NCBI GenBank assembly: GCA_965205975.1
Contig: OZ242195.1
Location: 2,336,001 to 2,400,000, forward strand
DNA from: Candidatus Latescibacterota bacterium
GTDB lineage: Bacteria > Latescibacterota > UBA2968
Direction of reading: 5' to 3'
Length of the DNA stretch: 64,000 bases
The first letter of the stretch is position 1; each line of letters begins with the position of its first letter. Positions 1 through 9,931 of this stretch are shown here, piece after piece. The notes under the pieces were generated by a model, which had not been told where the DNA came from, searched no databases, and saw only the letters and a list, made by a program, of their open reading frames with translations. The position numbers and the translations under genes are program-made.

Positions 1-14
1 AAACCGATCGCCTC

Positions 15-530
15 ATGTCCCAAATCAATGAAAAAGCGGAACTCACTGGATCTGAAGTCGAGGTACGGGGCAAGCTATCCAATGAAATCGCCCATCACCA
101 ACGCACCCGCACAGAACTTGCCGCTACACGCGAACAATTGCGCCTCACACAAAGCGACTTAAATCGGGAAACCCGCGCACACCGCGCCTATATGGACAGC
201 CTCAACACCGAAAAATCGCTTCACGCATCAACCCAAAACCAGCTCAAGCGCGAGGAAGCACAACACGCCAAAAACCGCGAGACATTGCGGAACACCCGGC
301 AAAAGCTCGACCACGCCAACGAACGACTAAACGTGCAAAATCGCCAGATTACAGAACTGAGAAGCGACCTCAAAAGCGCGCAGGACAACGCCAATAGCGC
401 ACGCCAGATGGCCAGCCAACTCTTACAACAATCCGACGACCATCAGCGGGCACTCATAACCCTTCAAGCCACCGTCGATTCTCTCTTTCTAAAAGAATTT
501 AAACGCCCCCGAGTTCCCTCAGACAAATAG
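15..530 (+). CDS. Coiled-coil hypothetical protein (may start upstream of the window)
   Basis: 171-aa ORF, helical and Q/E/R-rich, with His recurring at 14-residue spacing; ends 19 nt before the RND MFP gene. Confidence 0.65.
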   Translation: MSQINEKAELTGSEVEVRGKLSNEIAHHQRTRTELAATREQLRLTQSDLNRETRAHRAYMDSLNTEKSLHASTQNQLKREEAQHAKNRETLRNTRQKLDHANERLNVQNRQITELRSDLKSAQDNANSARQMASQLLQQSDDHQRALITLQATVDSLFLKEFKRPRVPSDK

Positions 531-549
531 ACGAGGAGAAAAATACATC

Positions 550-1713
550 GTGAAACTCAAAATCTACCTTCCAATCATTGTCCTGATCATCGGCGTACTG
601 GGTGCTTATGCACTTGTCAAAAGCCGGGAAGTCGTCCAGCCCAAACCAACGGAAGTGCCCCCACCGCTCGTACGCGTTCAATCTGTTTATCCCACAGACT
701 TTCAACTCGTTATTCCAGCGCAAGGCACAGTTGCCCCGCGCACGCAAACCACACTCGTTTCACAAGTGGCAGGCCAGATCATTGATGTATCGCCCGCATT
801 TGCCAACGGGGGATTTTTTGAAAAAGGCGATGTCCTGCTCACCATTGATCCGCGCGATTACGCAGTCGCTGTCGCACAGTCACAGGTTCAGGTTGCACAG
901 GCCAGATTGCGATTGACACGCGAAGAAGAAGAATCCGCAATTGCCCGTGACGAATGGAAACGCTTAGGCAATGGAGAGCCAACCGACCTGGTTCTGCGCA
1001 AGCCACAAATTGACGAAGTCCGTGCGACCATTGCTGCTGCCGAAAGCGCATTGATGCGCGCCAACCTCAATCTCGAACGCACACAAATTAGAGCACCATA
1101 TCCCGGACGTGTTCGCACCAAAAATGCCGATGTCGGACAATTCGTCAACCCCGGTTCTCCGCTCGGCCAAATTTACGCCATCGACTATGCCGAAGTGCGA
1201 CTGCCCGTGTCCGATGATCAACTCGCTTATCTGGACCTGCCGCTCTCCTTTCGCAATAATCCCCATCATAATTCAGGCCCCGATGTGCGCTTTCACGCCA
1301 CATTTGCCGGACGGGAACACACCTATATGGGACGCATTGTGCGCGTTGAAGGTGAAATTGATGCGCGCTCTGGCATGATCGCGCTCGTCGGGCGCGTAGA
1401 TAATCCATACCACCGGCGCGATAGCAACACGCCGCCATTAGCTGTGGGCATGTTTGTCACAGCAGAAATCCTGGGCCATCACGCGGAAAACGTCGTGGTC
1501 ATCCCGCGCGCTGCACTGCGAGGTAAAAATCGCGTTCTCTTAGTTACAGACAATCGCCTCTACTATCGAACCATCGACATCTTGCGCGCCGATGCAGAAA
1601 AAGTCGTTGTCAGAAACGGACTAAAATCGGGTGATCAACTCTGCGTATCGCCAATCGATACCGTCGTTGATGGCATGCGCGTACGCACCGTGCGCACTGG
1701 AGGTATGAAATGA
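550..1713 (+). CDS. RND efflux transporter periplasmic adaptor (MFP) subunit
   Basis: N-terminal membrane anchor; lipoyl-like motifs (GQIIDVS...FEKGDVLLTID; IRAPYPGRV...GQFVNPG); GAGGAG RBS before GTG. Confidence 0.93.
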   Translation: MKLKIYLPIIVLIIGVLGAYALVKSREVVQPKPTEVPPPLVRVQSVYPTDFQLVIPAQGTVAPRTQTTLVSQVAGQIIDVSPAFANGGFFEKGDVLLTIDPRDYAVAVAQSQVQVAQARLRLTREEEESAIARDEWKRLGNGEPTDLVLRKPQIDEVRATIAAAESALMRANLNLERTQIRAPYPGRVRTKNADVGQFVNPGSPLGQIYAIDYAEVRLPVSDDQLAYLDLPLSFRNNPHHNSGPDVRFHATFAGREHTYMGRIVRVEGEIDARSGMIALVGRVDNPYHRRDSNTPPLAVGMFVTAEILGHHAENVVVIPRAALRGKNRVLLVTDNRLYYRTIDILRADAEKVVVRNGLKSGDQLCVSPIDTVVDGMRVRTVRTGGMK

Positions 1714-4700
1714 AAAATGCCATTGAATGGTTTGCCCGAAACAGCGTGGCAGCCAATCTGTTGATGGTATTGATCCTGGGAGGTGGTATTCTTCTCGTAT
1801 CCCGCATTCGCATGGAAGTATTCCCAGAGTTTTCGAGTGACATGATTAATATCTCCATGATCTATCTGGGCGCTGCTCCCGAAGAAGTCGAAGAATCCAT
1901 CTGCATACGCATCGAAGAAGCTGTGCTGGGTCTCGACGGCATTGAGCGCATCACCTCCACGGCATCGGAGAACAGCGGTATTGTCAACATCGAACTCGAG
2001 TCGGGTGCTGATATGCGCAAATTGCTCGACGATGTCAAAGCCCGCGTAGATGCCATCACCACGTTTCCAGTGGAGACGGAAAAACCCATCATTCGAGAAA
2101 TCACCAACCGCCGCCAGGTCATCAACGTTGCTATCTCGGGACCGACAGATGAAAAAACTCTCAAAACAATTGGCGAGCAAGTTAGAGACGACATTGCAAC
2201 CATTCCCGGCATCACACAAGTAGATCTCGTAAGCACACGTCCTTACGAAATCGCTATCGAAGTCTCAGAAAATGACCTGAGGCGTTACGACCTCACCTTT
2301 GGCGAAATTGCCATGGCCATAAGGCGCTTCTCTATTGATCTGCCCGGCGGTGCCATTCGCACAAAGGGCGGCGAAATCCTATTGCGCACCAAAGGGCAGG
2401 CATATCGTGGCAAAGAATTTGAATCGCTCGTCTTGCGCTCCCGTCCCGATGGCACGCATCTTCGCCTGGGCGATGTCGCCACAGTTATCGACGGGTTTGC
2501 CGAAACAGACCAATCTGCCCAATTTGATGCAGAACCCACCGTGACGGTCAAGGTTTATCGCGTGGGCGATCAAAATGCTCTGGATATCACCCAAAAAGTC
2601 AAAGCCTATATCAATGAAACGCAACAACGCATGCCCGATGGCATCAAACTCACCGTCTGGGCAGACTTTTCTCGCATCTTAAACGACCGCCTGGAACTCA
2701 TGCTGCACAATGGCCAACTGGGCTTTATCCTCGTCTTTATCGCGCTGACGATGTTTCTCCGTTTGCGACTCGCCTTCTGGGTTGCTCTGGGCATTCCCAT
2801 CTCATTTCTCGGCGCAATCGGCCTGATGCCCTTCTTCGATATCTCCATCAACATGATCTCCCTTTTTGCATTTATCGTGGTACTCGGCATTGTCGTAGAT
2901 GATGCGGTCATCGTAGGGGAAAACATCTATCGCCATTACCAAATGGGCAAACGCGGTTTGCGCGCAGCCATTGATGGCGCGCAAGAAGTATATGTTCCCG
3001 TCATTTTTGCTATCCTCACATCTATTGCTGCCTTCTCTCCCCTGCTCACCGTTGAAGGCAGCATGGGAAAAATCATGAGACTCATTCCCATGATTGTCAT
3101 CCTCACCCTCATATTTTCACTCATCGAATCGCTCTTTATTTTACCAGCACACCTCGCGCACGCCAAAATAGATTCAAAAAAAGACAGCGATCCCCCGCGC
3201 AAACGCGCCATTGCCACTCTGTGGCAACGCGTTCAAAATGGCGTGGCCGATGGTTTGCTCATCGCTGTTGACCGCTATTATCGCCCCTTTCTCGAATGGG
3301 CACTTCAATGGCGGTATCTGACCCTCGCAGGGGGTGTTGCCACGCTCTTTCTCACCGTGGGCCTCGTTGGCGGCGGGTGGATCAAGTTCGTCTTTTTTCC
3401 CAACGTCGAAGCCGATAATATCGCAGCTATGCTCACCATGCCCCAGGGCACACCTGCCGAGGTGACAGAAACCGCAGTGCGTCGCCTGGAGGAGTCAGCC
3501 CGCCAACTTCAACGCGAAATCGAAAGCGAGAATTCGGGTTCGGTATTTCGCCATGTTTTCGCATCTGTGGGCGAACAACCCTATCGCGCGGCACAAGGTC
3601 CGCCCACCGGGAATACCGCCTCATTTTCATCGGCACATCTGGGCGAAGTCTATATTGAACTCGTGCCTTCGGAAAATCGCAACATCGGCAGTGAGGAAAT
3701 TGCCAACCGCTGGCGCGAACTCACCGGCGCTATTCCCGACGCGGTCGAACTGACCTACTCATCCTCGCTATTTTCAAGTGGCGAAGCCATCAATATCCAG
3801 TTCTCAGGCCCCGACTACGGCGAATTGCGCGAAGTCGCCGAAAAATTCAAAAACGCGTTGGATGACTATCCCGGTGTCTTTGACATCGCCGATTCATTTC
3901 GCCCGGGGAAAGAGGAAGTGAAACTCTCCCTCACCCGACAGGCCGAAACCCTGGGCATCACATTGGCCGACCTCGCGCGCCAGGTCAGACAGGCATTTTA
4001 CGGCGAAGAAGCACAGCGCATTCAGCGCGGACGCGACGACATCCGCGTGATGGTGCGCTATCCCGAATCAGAGCGACGCTCCCTTGGCAATCTCGAAGAC
4101 ATGCGCATTCGCACGGAAGGTGGCGAAGTGCCCTTTTCAATAGCCGCGAGTGCCGAACTCGGTCGGGGCTACGCATCCATCCGCCGCACCGACCGCCAGA
4201 GAGTTATCAACGTCACTTCCGATGTCGATATAAGCATCGCCAATGCAAACGAAATCATTGCCGATTTCACCCGCACTGTCTTGCCTCAAATACTGGCAGA
4301 CCACCCCCGCGTGCGCTACGATTTTGAAGGCCAGCAAAGAGAACAGGCTGAAATGCTACAGGGACTGGCCCAAAGCTTTGTTATCGCCTTGCTCATCATT
4401 TATATTTTGCTCGCCATTCCCTTCAAATCCTATGTCCAACCCCTCATTGTGATGGGGGCCATCCCATTTGGAATCGTCGGCGCGGTCTGGGGGCATGTCG
4501 CTCTTGGATTTAATCTCTCTATTCTCTCCGTATTTGGCATCGTTGCACTTACAGGTATCGTCGTCAATGACAGCTTGGTCATGGTCGATTTTATCAACAA
4601 ACAACGCGAAAAAGGCCACCCACTTTCCGATGCACTCCGCGAAGCCGGTGCCGTGCGTTTCCGCCCCATACTCCTGACCTCAGTCACGACATTTCTCGGC

Positions 4701-4916
4701 CTCACGCCCCTGCTATTGGAAAAAAGCCTTCAGGCACAATTCCTGGTGCCAATGGCCATATCCCTCGGTTTTGGCGTTCTCTTTGCAACCGTCATCACCC
4801 TCTTGCTCGTCCCCATCAGCTACAATATTCTCGAAGACATCATCAACGTCTTCTACCGCCTCATCGGGCGCGAACGCCGCGCATTTCGCGCAGATTTGAA
4901 TCGCGCAGCAGATTAA
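1710..4916 (+). CDS. RND efflux permease subunit (AcrB/AcrD/AcrF family)
   Basis: 1068 aa; GIVVDDAVIVGEN, GIVVNDSLV and RFRPILLTS motifs; ATGA overlap with the MFP gene. Confidence 0.95.
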   Translation: MKNAIEWFARNSVAANLLMVLILGGGILLVSRIRMEVFPEFSSDMINISMIYLGAAPEEVEESICIRIEEAVLGLDGIERITSTASENSGIVNIELESGADMRKLLDDVKARVDAITTFPVETEKPIIREITNRRQVINVAISGPTDEKTLKTIGEQVRDDIATIPGITQVDLVSTRPYEIAIEVSENDLRRYDLTFGEIAMAIRRFSIDLPGGAIRTKGGEILLRTKGQAYRGKEFESLVLRSRPDGTHLRLGDVATVIDGFAETDQSAQFDAEPTVTVKVYRVGDQNALDITQKVKAYINETQQRMPDGIKLTVWADFSRILNDRLELMLHNGQLGFILVFIALTMFLRLRLAFWVALGIPISFLGAIGLMPFFDISINMISLFAFIVVLGIVVDDAVIVGENIYRHYQMGKRGLRAAIDGAQEVYVPVIFAILTSIAAFSPLLTVEGSMGKIMRLIPMIVILTLIFSLIESLFILPAHLAHAKIDSKKDSDPPRKRAIATLWQRVQNGVADGLLIAVDRYYRPFLEWALQWRYLTLAGGVATLFLTVGLVGGGWIKFVFFPNVEADNIAAMLTMPQGTPAEVTETAVRRLEESARQLQREIESENSGSVFRHVFASVGEQPYRAAQGPPTGNTASFSSAHLGEVYIELVPSENRNIGSEEIANRWRELTGAIPDAVELTYSSSLFSSGEAINIQFSGPDYGELREVAEKFKNALDDYPGVFDIADSFRPGKEEVKLSLTRQAETLGITLADLARQVRQAFYGEEAQRIQRGRDDIRVMVRYPESERRSLGNLEDMRIRTEGGEVPFSIAASAELGRGYASIRRTDRQRVINVTSDVDISIANANEIIADFTRTVLPQILADHPRVRYDFEGQQREQAEMLQGLAQSFVIALLIIYILLAIPFKSYVQPLIVMGAIPFGIVGAVWGHVALGFNLSILSVFGIVALTGIVVNDSLVMVDFINKQREKGHPLSDALREAGAVRFRPILLTSVTTFLGLTPLLLEKSLQAQFLVPMAISLGFGVLFATVITLLLVPISYNILEDIINVFYRLIGRERRAFRADLNRAAD

Positions 4917-4941
4917 TCGCACGTAGCTTTCTCGCAATTAC

Positions 4942-4974
4942 AAAGGCCGATTGCTTTTGCAACCGGCCTTTTTT
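4942..4974 (+). terminator. Intrinsic terminator after the RND operon
   Basis: AAAGGCCGATTGC-TTTT-GCAACCGGCCTTT stem followed by a T-run. Confidence 0.75.
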
Positions 4975-4982
4975 GCTCACTA

Positions 4983-5011
4983 TTGACAAGCTTGGTCGAT
5001 GCGTGTACATT
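4983..5011 (+). promoter_or_regulatory. Sigma70-like promoter for the sulfatase
   Basis: TTGACA-N17-TACATT. Confidence 0.55.
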
Positions 5012-5064
5012 GCGCTCTCGGTATATAAAGCTCCTGTATAGCTCAAAATTGAAAGGAATAACCA

Positions 5065-6438
5065 ATGGCTCCCAACATCATCTTTATCCTCACCGATGAT
5101 CAAGGACCCTGGGCTGCCGGATGTTATGGCAATCCAGAAATTCGCACTCCCAATCTCGACCGCATTGCCGCCACGGGTATTCGCTTCGACAATTTCTTTG
5201 TCACCATCCCCGTGTGCTCGCCCAGCCGCGCCTCTTTTCTCACCGGTCGCATACCCTCACAACACGGCGTACACGACTGGATCCGCGAAGGCAACACGGG
5301 TCCCGATGCGGCTTCTTATCTCCAGGACGAAATCTGCTATACCGACATCCTATCCGAACACGGCTGGACGTGTGGGCTATCGGGCAAATGGCACCTGGGC
5401 AATAGCACCTTGCCGCAGCACGGTTTCTCTCACTGGTTTGCCCACGAAAAAGGCGGTGGTCCCTACAACGACGCCACACTGGTACGCAATGGCGAACTCG
5501 TCACAGTACCGGGTTATGTGACCACCGCCATCACAGACGACGCCCTCGCATTTATCGACAATCACGTCAATAACGACAATCCCTTTTACCTCAGCGTTCA
5601 CTACACAGCGCCCCACAGCCCCTGGACTGGGCATCCCCAGGATATTGTCGATTCCTACGACGATTGCCCATTTGAATCCTGCCCACAAGAAGATCCACAT
5701 CCCTGGGCGGGTGGCTTGAGCAATAATTTGGGCAACCGCGAGAGTCTCAAAGGTTATTTTGCCGCTGTCACCGCAATGGATTATGACATAGGGCGCATTC
5801 TCGATAAAATTGAGGACAAAGGAATTCGCGACAACACCCTCGTTGTCTTCACCTCCGACAATGGTTTTTCCTGTGGTCATCACGGCTTTTGGGGCAAGGG
5901 CAATGGCACGCGCCCCTTAAATATGTATGAAAACTCCATCAAAGTGCCCTTCTTGGCCAGCCATCCTGGCGTCATCCCCGAAGGCAGCGTGCAGCCTGCA
6001 ATGGCTTCGGGATACGATTTTATGCCCACCCTCCTCGACTATCTCAACTTGCCCCTACCCGAAGACCGCAACTACCCCGGCCGATCCTTCCTCGCCGCGC
6101 TGAAAGGCGAAGAAGATCCCGGACGCGACAATGTCGTTATATACGACGAATACGGCACGACGCGCATGATCCGCACGGCAGAATGGAAATACGTACACCG
6201 CTATCCCGATGGCCCCAACGAACTCTACGACCTGCAAAACGATCCCGACGAGCGCAACAACCTCGTTGACGACAACGCACAAACCAGCCGCATCAAAACG
6301 ATGAAAACGCAGATGGAAGCGTGGTTTGCAACCTACAGCGTTCCCGACAAAGACGGGCGCGATTACACTGTCAGCGGCGCCGGACAACTCCGCCCCGTCG
6401 GACGAAAATGGGAAGACGACCGCAAACCCTTTGCGTAA
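5065..6438 (+). CDS. Cys-type sulfatase (arylsulfatase/choline-sulfatase-like)
   Basis: NIIFILTDD, CSPSR (CxPxR formylglycine motif), GKWHLG, SDNG. Confidence 0.93.
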   Translation: MAPNIIFILTDDQGPWAAGCYGNPEIRTPNLDRIAATGIRFDNFFVTIPVCSPSRASFLTGRIPSQHGVHDWIREGNTGPDAASYLQDEICYTDILSEHGWTCGLSGKWHLGNSTLPQHGFSHWFAHEKGGGPYNDATLVRNGELVTVPGYVTTAITDDALAFIDNHVNNDNPFYLSVHYTAPHSPWTGHPQDIVDSYDDCPFESCPQEDPHPWAGGLSNNLGNRESLKGYFAAVTAMDYDIGRILDKIEDKGIRDNTLVVFTSDNGFSCGHHGFWGKGNGTRPLNMYENSIKVPFLASHPGVIPEGSVQPAMASGYDFMPTLLDYLNLPLPEDRNYPGRSFLAALKGEEDPGRDNVVIYDEYGTTRMIRTAEWKYVHRYPDGPNELYDLQNDPDERNNLVDDNAQTSRIKTMKTQMEAWFATYSVPDKDGRDYTVSGAGQLRPVGRKWEDDRKPFA

Positions 6439-6515
6439 GAGACCCGTGAGAGAGGCGTCCCTATCTCGGCTATTGCACTCGGTACTTGTCTTTAACCCAC
6501 GGGATGACCAGAAGG

Positions 6516-6976
6516 ATGTTCAAAAGCTATCTAAAAACGGCGATTCGCAACCTCGCCAGACATCGCGTGTACTCGGCGATCAACATCATCGGCGTTGTTC
6601 GCGATTTCCATACGCGACGGGGTTTGCCATCTTCATCGCAGGACTCGGTGCGTTTGGACTGGCTACACTAATTGTTGCACGACGCACCAAAGAAATCGGC
6701 ATTCGCAAAGTATTGGGCGCATCCCAGGCGCAAATTTTGTCTCTACTCTCGCGGGAATTTGTCCTCTACATCGCCCTTGCAAGCCTTTTTGCGTTTCCAA
6801 TCGCCTATTACTCGATAAATCAATGGTTGCAAACATTCCCCTACCGCATTGAGCTGGGTTTGGTTACATTTCTACTCGGTAGTTTTGTTATGTTTATAGT
6901 GGTTGTTACAACGGTTGCCACTCAGGCCCTCAAAGCGATACGCGCAAACCCGGTCGAAGCTTTGCGATATGAATAG
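6516..6976 (+). pseudogene. Internally deleted and frameshifted MacB/FtsX-type ABC permease
   Basis: N-terminus MFKSYLKTAIRNLARHRVYSAINIIG runs directly into VVRDFH; a different frame encodes the C-terminal FtsX segment GLGAFGL...RRTKEIGIRKVLGAS...ANPVEALRYE. Confidence 0.85.
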
Positions 6977-6983
6977 AGGATCG

Positions 6984-7232
6984 ATGAATTGGCCAATGTG
7001 GTGGGATTGGGAACTGGAAATAACACCGCATGTTGAAACGCGAATGGAAGAAAGAGATTTCACTGAAATCGATCTGAGAACCATGCTGGATCGCGCTGAT
7101 GCTTTTGAACCAGATGAAATTGAAGGACGGTATATGATTCAAACGCGACATCGTCGAGACGATTGGATAATTATTGTTGAGCCAGATGAAGACGATCACT
7201 TATTGGTGGTTATAACCGCTTTTCGCACATAA
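6984..7232 (+). CDS. DUF4258-like putative toxin (RelE-like fold)
   Basis: TPHVETRMEER...IIVEPD...LVVITAF pattern; paired with a downstream DUF2283-like gene. Confidence 0.7.
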   Translation: MNWPMWWDWELEITPHVETRMEERDFTEIDLRTMLDRADAFEPDEIEGRYMIQTRHRRDDWIIIVEPDEDDHLLVVITAFRT

Positions 7233-7240
7233 GGTACCCG

Positions 7241-7510
7241 ATGAAAACTCGATATTTAGAAGTGACATTTCGAAAAGGTAAACCACTCGTAGCCTATTTG
7301 TATTTGCCGAGAGAACCTGGTGCTAAGAGTGCCAGAACAGAACTTATGGGGTCTGGCTTGCTGGTGGATTATCAGGCCGATGGTCGTCCGATTGGCTTAG
7401 AGATCACAGCACCTGACAAAGTCACACTGGATCAGATCAACAGTATTCTCAAGCGGTTGAATTTACCCTTACTGGACCCCCAAGAATTGGCCCCCTTACA
7501 AGCGGCATAA
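7241..7510 (+). CDS. DUF2283-like putative antitoxin
   Basis: AYLYL...LLVDYQADGRPIGLEI signature. Confidence 0.75.
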   Translation: MKTRYLEVTFRKGKPLVAYLYLPREPGAKSARTELMGSGLLVDYQADGRPIGLEITAPDKVTLDQINSILKRLNLPLLDPQELAPLQAA

Positions 7511-7527
7511 GGCATCGGAGACGGAAT

Positions 7528-8754
7528 ATGGACGAAAAATTAGCTCTTTATGGCGGGCAAAAAACGCGCACATCCCCCTTCCCTTCGCGCGAGCCATTTG
7601 GAAAAAAAGAAGAGGAATTGTTGTTGGACGCCGTGCGCAGTCAAAATTTATTTGGCAAGAGCGGCACCTATGTCAAAGATTTTGAAAAACAATTTGCCGA
7701 ATTTTACGGAATGGAATACGCACAAAGTTCAACGAGCGGCACGGCGGCCATTCACCTGGCAGTGGGCGTTGTCGATCCCGAACCGGGGGACGAAATCATC
7801 ACCGCGCCCATTACCGATCCGGGCAGCGTAATGCCCATTTTAATTCAAAATGCCGTGCCCATATTTGCCGATGTCGATCCCCTGACAATGAACATGACAC
7901 CCGAATCGATTGAAGAAAATATTACAGACCGAACGCGCGCAATCATCCTCGTACACTTGTTTGGGCGCCCCTGCAATGTCGAAGAAGTGATAAAAATTGC
8001 AGAAAAATACCACATTGCGCTAATTGAAGATTGTAGCCAATGTCACGCCACCAAATACAAAGGTCGCTATGTGGGAACTTTTGGACATATGGGTTGTTTT
8101 AGCTTGCAGCAGTCCAAACACATGACCACCGGCGATGGCGGGATGACAGTCACACAAGACCGAGAAACCTATATTCGCCTCAAGCTATTTTCCGATAAAG
8201 GATGGGATTATCAATATATGGCCGATCGCGATCACGCTTTTGTCGCACCCAACTATCGCATGACCGAGATGCAGGGCGCGGTTGGCCTCGCACAGTTGGA
8301 AAAGGTGCGCGGCGTAGTCGAAAGACGTCACGAATTAGGCGCATTGCTGTGTGAACTGATTGCCGATGCGCCGGGAATAACGCCCGTTCCATACGAGGGA
8401 GACCGCGAAGTTTCATGGTGGAATTTTGTTTTTCACGTCACGGGCCACGATCCCGATGAATTTTGCAAAGCCGTACGCGCCGAAGGCGTATCCATGGGGG
8501 CGCATTATATTAAAGATCCAATTTTTATGCGCGGGAATTATCTGACCGAAAAACGCACCTATGGAAACAGCGGATTCCCCTTTCACCACGGCGTGACAAG
8601 CCGCGAATATAACTATGGCCCAGAACTTGTTCCCGGCGCAGTACAGGCATTGAGTACAGTCGTTGTATGGGGCTTGCACGAGCACCTCGACGAAAAAGAC
8701 ATCCGCGACACCGCCGCCGCCATCAACAAAGTCGCAAACGGCCTGAGTAAATAG
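7528..8754 (+). CDS. DegT/DnrJ/EryC1/StrS family PLP-dependent aminotransferase
   Basis: SGTAAIH, IEDCSQ, FSLQQSKHMTTGDGG, NYRMTE motifs. Confidence 0.93.
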   Translation: MDEKLALYGGQKTRTSPFPSREPFGKKEEELLLDAVRSQNLFGKSGTYVKDFEKQFAEFYGMEYAQSSTSGTAAIHLAVGVVDPEPGDEIITAPITDPGSVMPILIQNAVPIFADVDPLTMNMTPESIEENITDRTRAIILVHLFGRPCNVEEVIKIAEKYHIALIEDCSQCHATKYKGRYVGTFGHMGCFSLQQSKHMTTGDGGMTVTQDRETYIRLKLFSDKGWDYQYMADRDHAFVAPNYRMTEMQGAVGLAQLEKVRGVVERRHELGALLCELIADAPGITPVPYEGDREVSWWNFVFHVTGHDPDEFCKAVRAEGVSMGAHYIKDPIFMRGNYLTEKRTYGNSGFPFHHGVTSREYNYGPELVPGAVQALSTVVVWGLHEHLDEKDIRDTAAAINKVANGLSK

Positions 8755-8773
8755 ATAAAATAAAGGAATCAAA

Positions 8774-9796
8774 ATGCACCAGTCTCGTACACGGTGGTAT
8801 TACATCAGAGGCATTTTTGCACTCTGTATTTTTGCTCTTTCTGCTTGTGGAAACACACCATCGGACATCACGGGACCGGGAGAACCCGACGCAGATGCAA
8901 TACCGGGTGGCCCTGGACAGATCGCATATATAAAACAGAACCTGCAAACGGGCAGTTTTCATCTTCATATTGTAGATCCCGATGGGAAAAATCCGATCAA
9001 TCTTAATCCCATGGACGACCTGGCTGAATATTCCGGGCAATCGTGGTCGCCAGATGGCACACAACTCGCCTTTGCCTCAAACCGCAGTGGCAATGCCAAT
9101 TTCAACATTTTTGTCATGAATACCGACGGCAGCAATATCCGCAGTGTGGTTGAAGATTCGGGGGGCGATTTTGCATCATCCTGGTCGCCAGATGGACAAA
9201 AAATTCTCTTTCAAGCATGGCGCAGCGATGAGACAGTTTGGGATATTTATATCGTCAATATTGACGGCTCTGACGAAAAGGTGCTGATCAATACAGATAT
9301 GGAAGAGCAACTGCCCGTCTGGTCGCCAGATGGCACCAAATTTGCCTATCAGGCTGGACACCGCGGTCAGGGAATCGATATCTATGTCGCCAATGTCGAT
9401 GGTACAGGCGCAATGCGTTTGACAGATGGCAATGGCACTTTACACGCATCACCTGCATGGTCGCCAGATGGTACACAGATTGCGTTCGAATCCAATCGCC
9501 ATCAACCCCCTTCAACAGGCACGAGAACGCCCCTGGCACAGTACGAGATTTACGTGATGAATCGGGATGGTTCAAATATGCGCCGTCTCACGTCTTCCCA
9601 ACCTCTCGAAGCATTACGCAATCCAACCTGGTCGCCAGATGGGAAGCAAATTGCATTTGAATTTCACAGTTATGCAACAGATCTAATCTCGGGATTTTCG
9701 ACCATTAAGGTCATGAATGTAGATGGGGCCAATGCTTTTTCTATTCCCAATATCCCCCTTGGTGCGCGCTTTCCGCGCTGGTCGCCCGTGCCGTAA
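8774..9796 (+). CDS. TolB-like PD40 beta-propeller lipoprotein
   Basis: Lipobox LSAC; five WSPDG repeats plus a terminal WSP. Confidence 0.9.
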   Translation: MHQSRTRWYYIRGIFALCIFALSACGNTPSDITGPGEPDADAIPGGPGQIAYIKQNLQTGSFHLHIVDPDGKNPINLNPMDDLAEYSGQSWSPDGTQLAFASNRSGNANFNIFVMNTDGSNIRSVVEDSGGDFASSWSPDGQKILFQAWRSDETVWDIYIVNIDGSDEKVLINTDMEEQLPVWSPDGTKFAYQAGHRGQGIDIYVANVDGTGAMRLTDGNGTLHASPAWSPDGTQIAFESNRHQPPSTGTRTPLAQYEIYVMNRDGSNMRRLTSSQPLEALRNPTWSPDGKQIAFEFHSYATDLISGFSTIKVMNVDGANAFSIPNIPLGARFPRWSPVP

Positions 9797-9823
9797 ACAC
9801 ACATCCATTCCGTTGATTCGCCC

Positions 9824-9852
9824 AAGTCTCGGATTTTATCCGAGGCTTTTTT
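9824..9852 (+). terminator. Intrinsic terminator
   Basis: AAGTCTCGGAT-TTT-ATCCGAGGCTT followed by T-run. Confidence 0.65.
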
Positions 9853-9931
9853 GTTTGACTTCACCGCCTTTGTCCAATTAATTGTTCGCGGCGTGTATAT
9901 GGTATCGCGGAACACTTGTCAGGAGATGCGT

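Noticed and set aside
9044..9642. Regularly spaced identical 14-mers as a CRISPR array
   Set aside because: The repeat is too short, the spacing is too long, all copies are in-frame WSPDG codons, and no cas genes are present.
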